From Octopus sinensis (lineage: Eukaryota): a stretch of 64,000 bases of DNA. The notes below the pieces were generated by a model. The model saw only the letters and a program-made list of their open reading frames with translations. It was not told where the DNA came from and made no database searches. Below are positions 24,851 through 37,984 of the stretch, one piece after another; within the stretch, counting starts at the first letter, position 1; each line of letters opens with the position of its first letter. Location: positions 21,824,001 to 21,888,000 of the forward strand of contig NC_043000.1 of assembly GCF_006345805.1 (NCBI RefSeq), given 5' to 3'. The translations under genes and the position numbers were made by a program.

Positions 24851-25174
24851 CTGAAGAAAATAAATGAAAAAAATATCTACATAAATATCTAATTTTTTTA
24901 TGTTATTTAATATTGTGAAATTCATGAGAGAAAAATGTTTGGAACATAGCAATATTGTGAAATTGATCAAAGTAGTACAACAGAAAGAAAAAAAAAAAAA
25001 ATCAAAGTTAGTTATAGAGATAGCTAATTTTGGAGCATACAAGAGAAATAAATGTAAAATACAAGTGGAGAGGGACAATGAAAGTAAATAATAAAAAAAA
25101 TGGATTCAAGTTCTGAATTTAGAGAAAAAAAAAAATCAGGTAATAAAAATGTCTATATTTCTATAATAATTTTA

Positions 25175-25373
25175 AGGCAGTGAGCTGGCAGAAACATTAG
25201 CATGCTCAGCAAAATGCTTAGCGGTATTTTGTCTGCCGTTCTGAGTTCAAGTTCTGCCAAGGTCGACTTTGCTTTTCATCCTTTCGGAGGTCGATTAAAT
25301 AAGTACCAGTTATGCTCTGGGGTCAATGTAATCGACTCAATCCCTTTGTCTGTCCTTGGGCAATAAAGAAATA
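25175..25373 (+). mobile_element. SINE family A, intronic
   Basis: 14-bp TSD tatatttctataat at 25154-25167 and 25374-25387. Confidence 0.85.
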
Positions 25374-25606
25374 TATATTTCTATAATGTTTAATAACTAC
25401 ATAAAATCTATTAAACATATATAATATGAAACATAATGCAAACAGTATTTTTCTTAAGTGATTATTTCACAATTGCATTTGCTGTAATCAATTAGACATG
25501 ACACATGTAAGTCTTATTTAAAAACTAAAGTAATTCTTCAATAAATTACAAAGAATACAAATCAGCTAAATATCATATTTTAAATATAAAATGAACAAGA
25601 ACTCAC

Positions 25607-25743
25607 ACAAGTTTTTTTCCGTCCTTTCCGACTTTTTCTATTTTGCCGATTATTTACACTAAATTCTTTAAAGAAGGTATCATTGCTTTTCTTTAATAAA
25701 ACATATTTGGCTCCATCATCATCTTTGATCTCTAAAGCAGGAC
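25607..25743 (-). CDS. Bfr1/PPI-like protein exon (basic patch)
   Basis: tag|GPALEIKDDDGAKYVLLKKSNDTFFKEFSVNNRQNRKSRKGRKKTC|gtgagt, phase 1-0. Confidence 0.85.
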
Positions 25744-26555
25744 CTATCAAAGTGGAAATAAATACAAAATTAAAAATTCTTTCCCATGGAAGTTAAATAT
25801 CATATGTCTACATTCATTTTTAGATAAGTTTCTTCACTTTTCAATGTTCCACAATAAAGATATACCACAAACTTTGAAATATCAGTTGTCATGTTCAAGC
25901 AACAATGGTCACATTTGGACTAAGTTCATCTTGTCTTCGTCCATTGTGCTACCAGAGTCTTCAAACATACACAACTAGATTGGATAGCAGACAAAAAATA
26001 TAAGATGCCCAGCTGGCAACACTGCACCATATGGAATCAACTATAAGGAACACTGTGGTTAGCCTCAAAAAAGAAAGGAGATATTGGATGATGTAATCTG
26101 AGAGAGATCTTGAGAAATGGACAGAAAGGCCATGATTAGAATGCTTTTGATTATAGAGCTACACAAGCAGAGTTGACCTCGGACTAAGAAACAAATGTCC
26201 AGTTAGAGGCAGAGCATATCCAAAGCAATCGATGTCACCAAGATGCATAGCTGCTTGAATAGGACTTATCTGATGTTACAACAACAGCAATGTCAAACAT
26301 TAATTTAATAAAAATTTATATGCAAGATAATCAAGTTACAAAGAGGAAGCAGAGTTCAAAACTCCTTTGAATATTTTTTTTTAGTAATTTTCTACTAAAA
26401 CCGTCAAGATGTAGGAATGTTTCTTTCATTGCCGTATGGTAACATCATTTTTTTTATATAAGATAATATTTGCCGACAAAGTCATCTCTGGTTGGATTTG
26501 AAATCAGAATGTAGAGGAACAAACATACTGAGATAAAGATGACGTTTTTACAAAC

Positions 26556-26707
26556 CTGGAATAGATACAAATTCCTCTGATGGTGAGGGTAATGGACTAG
26601 AACCTAAAACTGCATTGAAACTGGTAAACTGTTGTAGGTAATTAATTAATATGTTGCAATGCTGAATACGTTTGGCATTAGGGTTTGGAGAAGCAACTGT
26701 TTCTTCC
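26556..26707 (-). CDS. Bfr1/PPI-like protein exon
   Basis: cag|REETVASPNPNAKRIQHCNILINYLQQFTSFNAVLGSSPLPSPSEEFVSIP|gt, phase 2-1. Confidence 0.85.
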
Positions 26708-26989
26708 CTGTTAAAAAAAGAAATTAAAAAGTAAATATAGAAACCAGTACAAATAAATATTTAGTAAATGTTGTTTTTAACCTGGACACTTTTGTTCTTT
26801 TATTTAAGTGGGTATATTAAAACAGGTCTTATGATAAATTATGTCTTCTGTTAGTTACACTAACAGAAACATTTTAGGTCAACATTGGCACAACATTCAG
26901 TTATTATTAAATTATTAAATTAAACTTTGTATCAGCAATTATGTAATTACAGTTCCATTGACTGAGTCATTAAGAATTAAGTATCTATG

Positions 26990-27850
26990 GACAGAGTGTG
27001 CTGCTAGTAAATGGATAGTAATTGTCAGTCCCTCCACCTTCCACACACAACAAAACCTCACTCACAACTGCACTTCAGCTATTCAGGAAATAAAGCTTAC
27101 AACATCTGGAAAGTTTTGTAAAGCTTACAAAATCCTTCACACCAACAAATTAGATGGTGTTTACTCATCAATGCAACACTTGCAAGGCTATTATCTGAAC
27201 TCATTTCCTTTACTCCACAGCCATGGTGGTTCTATAAGTAATACTCTTTCAAAGAATTCCTCCAACTTTGTTGCCTGCTTTATATCAAATTCTACCACAC
27301 TAAACAAACCTCCTCCAAAATATTTCATTCCACTTTGTGTGATTCACCATCATGCACACACAATACTTTTGTACTTGTTGTGCATGTATGCAAACCAAAA
27401 AGGCCACCAGCCCTGGAAATGTCCCTCAGACAAGAGATAACTTTCATATTCACTAAACTCTTCAACCTTCCTTCCTTTCTCCCCCACCACTTCTACAAGG
27501 ATATATCTCAGTCTTTGTAGGGAAACATACTGTAGTGTGCCACATTCCCAAGAAGAGCAACACTGCCAAATGTTGTCTGTTTTATTGCAATCACTTCCAA
27601 AATTTCAAAGGCAATGAAGATAGCCATTAACATCATCCTCTAACACCTTGAATTTTTCTCTCTCTTTAATGACCCTTTAATAAAATTAGATCTATTGGAG
27701 ACCCATGTCACTCAACAAATGGGCCTTCACCCTAAAAAAATTTGGTGAAAGCAATGCTGTTGTCTTTGACACCAGTAAAGCTTTTGACCGTCTGAAATGT
27801 GAATTTTGTCAAACTGCTCACCTCCCTCCACCCAGCTTAAAATAAAAAGA
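26990..27850 (+). mobile_element. Decayed LINE reverse-transcriptase fragment
   Basis: Residual RT motif VFDTSKAFDRL and upstream linker-like sequence; many stops and frameshifts. Confidence 0.7.
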
Positions 27851-28971
27851 CTTTGGATGGTAAATCCTAACCCTACTAACTTTCTCCTAAGACAAAAGTG
27901 TTAAATATTTCTGGGAAAATTTTGGGTTAACAAATGACAGCTGATAAACCCAACTAAAGCTAAACACTCAGCTTGTTAATGGAATCCCATTTTGGATTTA
28001 GTTAAAAAGATGGATATGAATAAAATAATGTAGTTTATCTCAGAAGACAATGAGCCAATAAACCAATACTATAGAGAATGTATTTGTGTATGAAGAAGTT
28101 GATATATTTATTTCTTCACTTTTGTTTGTAGAGGTTGAATAATATAGAAACTGACATTACCTAAGCCTTCACCTAATGATAATCATCATCATCGTTTAAC
28201 ATCCGATTTTCATGCTAGCATGGGTTGGACGATTTGACTGGGGACTGGTGAACCAGAAGGCTGCATCGGGCTCCAATCTGATCTGGCTGTTTCTACAGCC
28301 GGATGCCCTTCCTAACGCCAACCACTCCGAGAGTGTAGTGGATGCTTTTACATGCCACCAGCACATGAGCCAGTCAGGCGGTACTGGCAACAGCCACGCT
28401 CAAATGGTGCTTTTTATGTGCCACCTGTACAGGTAAATATATCTTTATTGGTAAAGACCCACTTTGGTCACAAACGAACATGGAATTGCACCTAGAAAGT
28501 TACTCTCCAAAGCACGAATTTGGGCAAGGTTGTTTATGGAAGACCAGCAGTCACCCATGTATATCAGCCTCCCCTCTCCACACAACCAATGTTATCCAAG
28601 GGAAAGGCAAAGGCCAATACAGCTTGGCACCAGTGATGTTGCAACTCATTTCTACAAGTGAGTGAACAGGAGCAACATGAAATAAAGTGTCTTGCTCAAG
28701 AACACAACACACAGCCTGGTCCAGGAATCAAACTCACCACCTCATAATTGTGAGCTTGATACTCTAACCACTGAGCCATGTGCCTTCACCAGTGGTAGCA
28801 ACTTTCACCTAATTAAACTGAGACCTGTAGAGCAATGAATTGTATCCAAAAGGAAGCTTAAAGACTGATCACTTTAAATTTATGAAAATAATGCAAGATT
28901 TTTAACCACTTGGTCAGCCATACTTTCTTTGACAATACATTGAGAGAGAAAGTTTTAGGAATATTAAATAC

Positions 28972-29137
28972 CTTATATAATTAGTTATTTTTTCATGCTG
29001 TGTTTTTTCTTCTTCTTGAGGTTGAGTACGTTTGTGTTTCTTCTTACGAGCAATGTCTTTCATGACATTGTAGTCTTTTTCTTGTTTCTTGAAATCAGCT
29101 AAAAGTATTCTCTTTTGTTCTTCTAACGTTTCAATTT
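28972..29137 (-). CDS. Bfr1/PPI-like protein exon
   Basis: tag|EIETLEEQKRILLADFKKQEKDYNVMKDIARKKKHKRTQPQEEEKTQHEKITNYI|gtatt, phase 1-2. Confidence 0.9.
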
Positions 29138-29997
29138 CTAAAAGAAAAAGGGAGGGAGAAAAAAGAAACAAGAAAAAATGAATTAAATAAACTTGCATTA
29201 GCAATTTGGTAAAGTCAGCTCTCTAAGGGAGACAACAAACACTGTCAGGATTTCTGCTTAAATCAATATTGAAGAAGTAGGAAGTGAAATGGAGACCATG
29301 TTAGAAAATAAATGATGTGTATTGAAGTGATCCTGACAAAAAAGAACCGATGAAAGCATGAGAAAAAGTGATGAAGCCCCAGATAAATGCAATGATGTAG
29401 GATCAAGGTGAGTGGTTATCTGCTGTATTTTAGTCACATCTCGACTGAGCAAATGTAAAGCATTCTAGTGGTAACATTCCCATCATTTTTAAAAAGAGAG
29501 CATGTCTAGAACCACATTATCAAATGTGTCTTACAATTTTTAAGATGGTAAAATAAGATTGTGAGGGAAATTTATCTGCTATTTTTAGCAGATTGGCTTC
29601 CTCATTAATTCATCATTTTACAGTATTAAAACTTTCAAGCACATTCATAAGACTACTATATTTATTTTAAGTGTAAGTTCTCTTGATAATAAATTCAAAG
29701 AAAATAGCAAAGAATACAGAAAAGACAAGGGCTATTTTTAGTTGATCCTTCACTATATGAACTGTTTTCCATCAAATTTTACTTTTTAAATATTTCAAGC
29801 TATCTAATTTAGTGAAAAAACTGGTGTTTTAAATAAAAAGAAGTAAAATCTCTTTTTTACACAAAACTGCTTTATCAATTATTAGATACAGCAACAACTG
29901 AAAAATTTACCAATATAATATTTAATATTTCTTCCCTGAGATATAGTTAAAGTATTATTCCTGGTAATGTTAAAAAAGAAGAAAAAAAACAGCTTAC

Positions 29998-30094
29998 CTG
30001 AATGCAGTTCTTTAATGCTTTTCTGTAAGAACACTAAACGTTTTTGTTTTTCTTCTTCTTTATCCCGAAGGTGAACAATTTTGTGATAGTAATC
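29998..30094 (-). CDS. Bfr1/PPI-like protein exon
   Basis: tag|DYYHKIVHLRDKEEEKQKRLVFLQKSIKELHS|gtaag, phase 0-1. Confidence 0.9.
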
Positions 30095-31375
30095 CTAGAA
30101 AAAGAAGCGAACACAGTACTATATTTAAAATTCTTCTTTATGGAAAAAAAATGTAATTTGTCTATATAGTGCTACCTTCTGACACTAATGCTAAAATTAT
30201 AAGGATTTAATTGGCAATTAACTTGTTTTAATTTGTGAATTTTTAAAATTAAATTAATCTTTGTCTTTATGAAGGGATAACAACGTCCCAGATTTAGAAC
30301 ATCTTAAATCAATTTGATTGAGTCAGTCAATATATTTTATCACTATGTGTAATTCTACGAATGGCATCTCAATGAAATTGTGAGAATAAAATATTACTGA
30401 CATTAGACAAAAAAAATTAATATATTTTTTTTGTCTATAATGTCAACATTACAAGTTTCACACTACTATATATGCATTTTCTAAATTCCATTCCTAAGTT
30501 CTATCTCGTTTAATAAAATAAATAATTGCTTTTAGTTCACTTTTTCTTCAACATAGTACTACACAAATGTTTCTTATTTATGATATTTGTAGACTTGATT
30601 TAGACAAGATGCACGTAAAAAGGTATACCTTGCATAGACTTTCTATTGGTTAATCAGAAACAAGCATTAAATTAAATTTGATTAAATGAAACACTCTTGT
30701 TTAAGTTTGAAAAATTTTGTTAATATTAACAAATGAATCAATACTGAATAACTAGTAACCAAATAGAATAATACTGGAACAATACTCTCAATGGCATTTT
30801 TAATTCTTCCCTTTAACAGCAAATCCCTCTTAGTTTTTAAATTTGTAAATGAATGGGACAACGTGAAAGTAAAAAGACAGACTAACAAGTAATTCTTTAA
30901 AACTCTTTTATCGCTATATTTCTTTCGAAATACACAATTCGGAAAATAATGAAAAAAGCTACTTAAATAACTTTGTCCTTATTAAGCTGGTGTTATATAT
31001 GAAATTTTGAGGAAAGGTTTTAATTTAAATCACTTTAAAAGAGGCAGTTTGTGCCATAGAACCCGAGGTAGTCTTGAGCAGATTGATATCAAAAGTATTA
31101 TGCTCCTTAACAAGGCACATAACTCTGCTTACTTAGGTCTTGAGTAACTCTTTTTTTTTAAAGCGAAGTTACTAGTAAAGAGACGTGGATTACTTTAAAA
31201 AACATTACTTCCTATATATAACCCTATTTGTAAAACCATCCTGCCAATTCCAAGGTGAAAAAATTGATAACAAACTTATATATATAAAAGGATTTGATAA
31301 AATAATGTGATTTTAGTTTAACAGTGCAGATAATTTGAGAAGATTCCTATACACATATACAAAAAAAAAACTTAC

Positions 31376-31448
31376 ATCATTTTCTTTGCGTTTTTTCGTC
31401 TGTTGTGCCCTGAGTTCATCAATTTCTTTCTTTTGTGCCCTATAGTTC
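31376..31448 (-). CDS. Bfr1/PPI-like protein exon
   Basis: tag|ANYRAQKKEIDELRAQQTKKRKEND|gtaag, phase 2-0. Confidence 0.9.
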
Positions 31449-31539
31449 CTACAAAACACGAATACCAGAAATTAACATAAGAAATGCAGAAGGCAAAAAA
31501 CTTCTACAAATATTGTGATATGCACAAAAGAAATAAAAT

Positions 31540-31830
31540 CAAGTGAGTGGCCCTTCTGTGGCTGTGGTCTCAGATGTTAGTGTAAAGTATCAGCACTATC
31601 CCAAATGTGGGTGCAATACTGTGTTGGTAGTTCCACTGTGGTTTTATAAAGAGTGAATAGAAAACGGAGGCTGGAGTATTTTCTCATTCTGACAGAGCAA
31701 AGCCAGATTTTGTAATGATATTTATGTTGAAGATGTGTGTTCACCAGAAAAGATCCTTGATAATAGTATGGCATAACCTTTGTTTCATGATCTTCACGTT
31801 TAGGAGGGATGGGTGGAATGCTTAATTAAG
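31540..31830 (-). mobile_element. Decayed LINE RT fragment
   Basis: MRKYSSLRFLFTLYKTTV..QYCTHIWD resembles the LYK..VRP.LEYC..VW motif. Confidence 0.65.
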
Positions 31831-32274
31831 AAGGTAGGTGCAGATGTAGCAGTAGGCACAGGCTTGGTTGTATACTTAAAAAGCTTGCTTTCCAACCATG
31901 TGGTTTCAGGTTCGGTCCACTGAAGGACATTTTCGGCAAGGATATTCTATTATAGCACCAAGATAACCAAAGCCTTGTGAGGTGATTTGGAAGATGAAAA
32001 CTGAAAGAAACCTAGTGTATGTATGTGTCCATTTGACTTAACATCACATGATAGCTGTAAACAAGCATCACCATCTTACAAGTCATGTTGTTCATTTCTA
32101 GTCTTCCATGGAAAACCTATTTAGCCATGGGGAAATATTACCTTGCTTGGAAACAGGTGAGGATTGGCGAGAAGAAGGTCGTCTGTCCACAGAAAATCTA
32201 CTTCCCAAATTCCATCCGACCCATGCAAACAAGTAAATGTAGACATTAAAACAATGATGAACTTATTCTACATT

Positions 32275-32716
32275 AAATTCAGATTACGATGAACGTAAAC
32301 AAACAAACGAAGTTTGCTTTAGAAGCTTTGAGATGACTTAGAAAGTTAAAGAAGTGATTTTAAATTCTCAAACGCAGGATAATGCTAATAATATATATTT
32401 CTTTACTACCCACAAGGGGCTAAACATAGAGGGGACAAACAAGGACAGACAAAGAGATTAAGTCGATTACGTCGACCCCAGTGCGAAATTAGTACTTTAT
32501 TTATCGACCCCGAAAGGATGAAAGGCAAAGTCGACCTCGGCGGAATTTGAACTCACAACGTAATGACAGGCGAAATACTGCTAAGCATTTCGCCCGGCGT
32601 GCTAATAATATAGCCTGAACAGGATAAGCTACCCCTATTTTACCGCCAACACTTTTTTCTGCAAAATAAGAGTAGCTTATCCTGTTCAGGCTATATTATT
32701 AGCATTATCCTGCGTT
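32275..32716. mobile_element. Unclassified element with terminal foldback and 12-bp TSD, interrupted by a family A SINE (32396-32599)
   Basis: TSD ttattctacatt at 32263-32274 and 32717-32728; nested SINE TSD tgctaataatata; 46-bp perfect IR after removing the SINE; second copy at about 24420-24557. Confidence 0.75.
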
Positions 32717-33643
32717 TTATTCTACATTGTTTTATAACTGATGTTAGACGATGGTTGAGTTCTTTCCCTTGCTTAAGGTCAATGTTGACTTGCCGCATCA
32801 ATTTATTAACTGCTTTCCTGATGCATAGTAACTACTACTAGTACTACTAGAACATCAAATTTCAGCAGCTGTTCCTTAGAAATGTAGGCAAATAGTCGTG
32901 AAAAATGTGTAGCAAGAAATGCCGTATGTCACAAATGCGAGATAAATGCAATTATTCTCAGGTGTACATATCATATATTAAACCAATAGGACATCGTTAT
33001 ACAATAGGTAATCAACGAATCTGCAATGCATTAATTTTTTTCAATTTTGTTGAGGTATTCAGCTTTATAAAATCATTTGTTGTTTTGTCCACTCATTAAT
33101 AAAGAAACCCCATAACTAATACAAGGGAGGAAGGGAGAGAGAGAGAGAGATGATTTTAAGCCGTGTGCTGAGAGGGGGCAGAGTATGGTGAAAGGAATAG
33201 ATTTATTATCGTGGAAGAGAATATGAAAGGATCAGGAAAGCAAAGAAAAAAGAGAAAGGATTGGTGTCAAGGGTTAACGTGTGAGGAGGAGAAAGAGAGA
33301 GAGAGAAGTATAGTGTAGGTGACGGTGTGTAGTGGGGGTATCCAGTGTTATCCCACATCCATTATCATCATCCACATTTCACATCTACTTTCCAAGCTGG
33401 ACAGTTTGACAGGGCCTGACAAGCTGCAGGGCTGCATCAAGCTCTGTCAGCTTTGGCATGGTTTCTATGGCTGGGTGCCCTTCCTAATGCTGAAAGGCAA
33501 ATGTGGGTGGTAAGTGTGCGAGAAAGAGACTATGAAAGATAGAAATAAATGAAGCTGCGAAGAAACCAGAAAGGCTTAAGGAAGGAAAGCAAGTTTGTTA
33601 AATATATACACATATTAAAACTTCAATATAAAGTTATACATAC

Positions 33644-33745
33644 GCTAAAGGTTTCTTAGATCTCTTCAAGCTGTCTATCTCTGCAACAATTTTCTTTTCT
33701 TCACGAAGTGTAAAGTTGTTACAGTTTAATTGCCGCTCCAAATTC
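33644..33745 (-). CDS. Bfr1/PPI-like protein exon (signature motif)
   Basis: tag|KNLERQLNCNNFTLREEKKIVAEIDSLKRSKKPL|gtatg, phase 2-2. Confidence 0.9.
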
Positions 33746-34191
33746 CTATTAATTAAGTAGATGTACAAATCATAACATTTATAGAATTATGTTCACAACA
33801 ATTAAACAACAGCAAGTGCAAGCTAAACATGGTACAGACTAAATGTATAACAACATGATTAGATAAAAAGCAACATTGAACTGGTGCTGATGTAAAAGAA
33901 AAAGAAAGCATATCTTCTATATTTAAAAAGATTTTTTTCTTACATTACTTATTAACAATTCAAAAAAATATAGTATTGCATAAGGGAGATTTTACATATT
34001 GTCTACTGACAAAGGTCTGACAAGAGAGAAGTTGTGAAGGAATGGGAGTAGTCACCCTCAGGTGCAAGTGTGAAGGGTCACAAAATTTCCTCAAGTTTAC
34101 TATTCTTATTAATTAAATTTGCTTATTTATTTTGCTCATAAATATTCTATAAAATGAAAGAAAAATAAAACAAAGAAAAGATTACACATAC

Positions 34192-34262
34192 TTGATAGCT
34201 TCATTTATCTTGTTTTCATTCTTATACGTTAAACCTGATTGCAAATTTGACAAGGTATTGTT
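34192..34262 (-). CDS. Bfr1/PPI-like protein exon
   Basis: cag|NNTLSNLQSGLTYKNENKINEAI|gtatg, phase 0-2. Confidence 0.9.
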
Positions 34263-34774
34263 CTGAAAACAGGAATGAAGAAATGGAAAACAATTACAAC
34301 AATAATGCTGAAGCAAGATAATAAAACCTAAAAGAAAGAGAAAGAATTTTGAAAACATCCATGAAATTATTGAGGATTGCAAGTATATCTTTATAACCAA
34401 AACAAAAAATTCATAATTCAACACATTTCTGTTTTTTTTTTTTTTACATCCATACCAGCATGGATTAAACAAATATATAATTGAGGTATTGTTTTTACAA
34501 CATCCCTTTCCTGTCACAAATGCTTACTTGTTTTACAAGTAAGGGGTCTCTTATACTACAGTTTTGAAAGCAGAGAGCCAACAGATGGTTTGTTAACAGG
34601 GAAGAAATGACAAAAATTCCACAGCTTGTAGATAAGTAGTTGTTGAAGAAGCACAAATGTAAACACACACACACACACACAATAGGTTTCTTTCAGTTCC
34701 TGTCAACCATATTCACTCACAAAGCTTTGGTCAACCCAGGGCTCTAGTAGAAAACACATGCCCAAAGTACCATG

Positions 34775-36010
34775 TTATTTCATAAGAATTTTCCTCTCCC
34801 TAAGGACCTTGCCTTTGTGTATATTGGCCTTGTGCTCTTGGACAGATTTGTTGCACATGGCTTGCATTATAGACATGAAATGTTTGAGTTTCATATCAAT
34901 GTCTGGTGTGGGGATACATTTAGGCCAATCCTGTTTGAGGACCTCTTTCTCAATCAGTTTCCAGTTAGCTTGAATATGACAGCAGGACCTGGAGCATGAG
35001 GGCCTCTCAGATGTACACAGCAACACCATCATGGCTTTTTCTGTGCATATTACAACAGATTTTGGTATGTGTACTTCTGCATTCCCTATATCAGGTCTAA
35101 GATTTTACAATACTATGCATAGGGCTTAATTGCATGCAGCAAGGTCTCTTGGGAAAGGCATTTTTGTTTTGCAGTTGAGGTGCAACAGACCTCCAATGTT
35201 CAAAAGAAATATTTGTGTGACACCTGTGTTGGTGTTAGTGGTAGCCATCTTGTAATCTATTGTCTGTAGTGGAGTTGTGTGGTTCTAAGTTTGTGCTTGT
35301 AGCCAGGTCAGCTGTTGTACAATCTTTTGTGCTATGCAAAAAAAAAAAAATCTTTTGTTCAGCTGCTGCCTTTTTCATATCTGGGTGACACTGGCTATTT
35401 GTTGGGGTAAGCACTACATCTGCATATTGTCCTTGGGGAGCAGATGGTGCAATTTTATCTTAGTAGGTGCTTTTCCTTTTGTCCTCTTACTGGAAGGGAG
35501 TATTGTTTTACACCCAGGCAGTTTTGGCAGGGTTTCTGATGTGCAAAGCAGCATTTTGCACTATCATCACCATGCCAGCAGTTCCCTTGCAGATTAAATC
35601 TGCATGTTTTTGTTTTTATTCTTGTACCTCCTGTGTTTTTTGTAGGGGGTCTTCTGTTTTGCTCCAAAGTTTTGTTTTTTCTTCCTTTTCCTTTTCTTTT
35701 ACTCCTTGCTCTTCGTTGTTTCTGACAGCTTTTGTTTTGTCAGTTATGTGTTTTGGTTTTCCTTTTGCAACCCACTCAACTCTTTGGTTGGCTATTGTGG
35801 TAGGGACAGGGCTAGAATCAGTGTTTCCTCCATTTGCAGGTCTCTTAGTTGTAATTTTGGTTTTGATCTTTTAAGGGACTGCTGGAGGCTTTTCTGTTCC
35901 TTTTCTCCATCCTTTTTGACATCCTTGCCGCAATCAGTTTCCAAATGGCATCAAGGGTGTTGATATGCTGTCTAATGAGAGCATAGGAGTAGTGGAATTA
36001 GAGTTTCTTC
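34775..36010 (-). mobile_element. Decayed LINE 5' half: ORF1 with CCCH-like finger, then APE endonuclease and linker
   Basis: CRFNLQGNCWHGDDSAKCCFAHQKPC; APE motifs LLNIGGL..KTK, ALCIVL*..IGNAEVHIP, SHDGVAVYI; linker ANWKLIEKEVLKQDW. Confidence 0.8.
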
Positions 36011-37101
36011 TGCTATAACTGGGCTATGGTTCTGGTAAAACCATTACTCTTTAGTGCTACTGTAATGATATTGTTTGGGGGGGGGGGGGTCTCTGATGGC
36101 AATTTTCCAGGCTCACACAAATAACTGCAGTTCCTGGACAACGGATGCTTAAATGATGATGATAATATGTGTGTGTGTATGTGTACACACACACGAACAT
36201 ACACACACCAGGATGAAAATATTAATGTGCAAAAAGGAAAATGAAATTGGTATTTGATGCAGTGCCCTCCACTATTCATTAAATTTTACTCTCATCAAGG
36301 CACTTATAATTTTTTTTTTTAATGTATTTCAATAACATTTTACCATAGCCATTACCTTGTTTGTTTGCTCAAGTAAACCTATATATTTTCAGTATGAATA
36401 TAATTTCAAATTAATTTACATTTAATGTCAATAGAATATTGATTTTATATTTTGGCTGCTTCAACCATTGCACTTCAGATATGTTGGGACACCATCTTCA
36501 ATGGTATAGTGAACCAAATGGTCCCAATGCTTATTTTAAGTCTGGTACTCATTCTATTGTTCCCTCTTGCTGAACCACTAAGTCCAGGGGATGTAAACAA
36601 ACCAATACTATCTGTCAAGTGGTGGTAGGTGACAAACACAAGAACGCACAACAATATAAAGAACCTCCACACAGTTACCATCAACGAACAATGGTCAGCC
36701 CAGGACTATTGTAGAAGACACCTTCCCAAAGTGTCAAACAGGACTGAACCTGAGACCACATGGTTGCAAAGCAAGTTTCTTAACCACACAGCCATGTCTG
36801 TACCCTATTAATAATTAATATTAATATTTTTTTGCCTTACAATGTCACCATGCCTCAGATGTAGGGAAAAGGGTCCAGTGAATTAAACTGGTACATATTT
36901 AATCAACTCCAGAATGATGTTACATAGTGGTGGTCATGGCCGGATTTGAACTCAAAGCATAAAAGTACACAAATACTGCATTACTCTATTGATTCTATCA
37001 ATACACCAACCTTGCAATGTTAATATCAATATCCAACAATTAATCTGAAAAAATTTTATAATACAACCAAATAGATATTTCATATTAAATAATAAACATA
37101 C

Positions 37102-37236
37102 CTTTTGAATGATTTCTGATTTAAGTAATTTTAAATCTGAAATAGTCCGACTTTGCAGTTTAGTGTATTCAGTCCGTTCAGTGTACACATCTTTCAATGT
37201 CTGTCGAACAGTTTCTTCTTCATTTACATATTGTTT
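37102..37236 (-). CDS. Bfr1/PPI-like protein exon
   Basis: tag|KQYVNEEETVRQTLKDVYTERTEYTKLQSRTISDLKLLKSEIIQK|gtatg, phase 0-0. Confidence 0.9.
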
Positions 37237-37831
37237 CTAGAAACAAATAAGTTATACAAGATTATTTACTCCTAAGAAATTGTAGCAATTAAAACATGTC
37301 TAGTAAAAATGTAGGTTGTTTATTTATAAGCATGTTCTGGTACATTTATGTACACACAGAAAGACACGCAATAACCAGTGCAGTGCACTGTCAAGGAGTA
37401 GCTCTGAGCAAATTTTGAGAAATCATTAATTGCCATAATAAAAGCATTCTAGTCTTGGTGCCCCAAGTGTAACCAAAAAGAAAATAGAGCAAGTAATATA
37501 TCTAGCACAGGTTTAGTCTTATATGAAAATATAATGTAAATGAGATAATGAGGTAGTTTCTGTATGGTCGATTCCTTAGCTAGGGAACAGACAAAGCCTG
37601 TAAATATAGTGCTCTTAATGTCATCGAGTTGTGAAAATTTTAATCGTCATCAAAGACATTGCACATATTTCAGTTAAGAATGGCAAATCATTTATGAAGA
37701 CAATAAGTAAAAATGGATCTAACAAAAAACCCAGTTGTAAACAGCTCCTTACTGTTGTTCAAGGCAAATACCTATTATCAATACAAACCTTTTATCTCTT
37801 AATAAACAAGTCACTGATTTACTTATGTTTC

Positions 37832-37984
37832 TATTGTGTGGACGCCCCCAGACGATGAAGTAGGCTAGCCCAATACATAGATATAGTGGGAGAACCCTAG
37901 ACGTCGGAGTTCAGACTAGAACAGAGTAGCAGCTGGAGAGCAGAGTAGTGTTGAGTAGAAGGCATCCGAATGTGCGACATAACA
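37832..37984. mobile_element. Short solo LTR
   Basis: Ends tattgtg...cataaca (decayed TG..CA inverted termini) with 5-bp TSD gtttc (37827-37831, 37985-37989); GC-richer than flanks. Confidence 0.65.
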
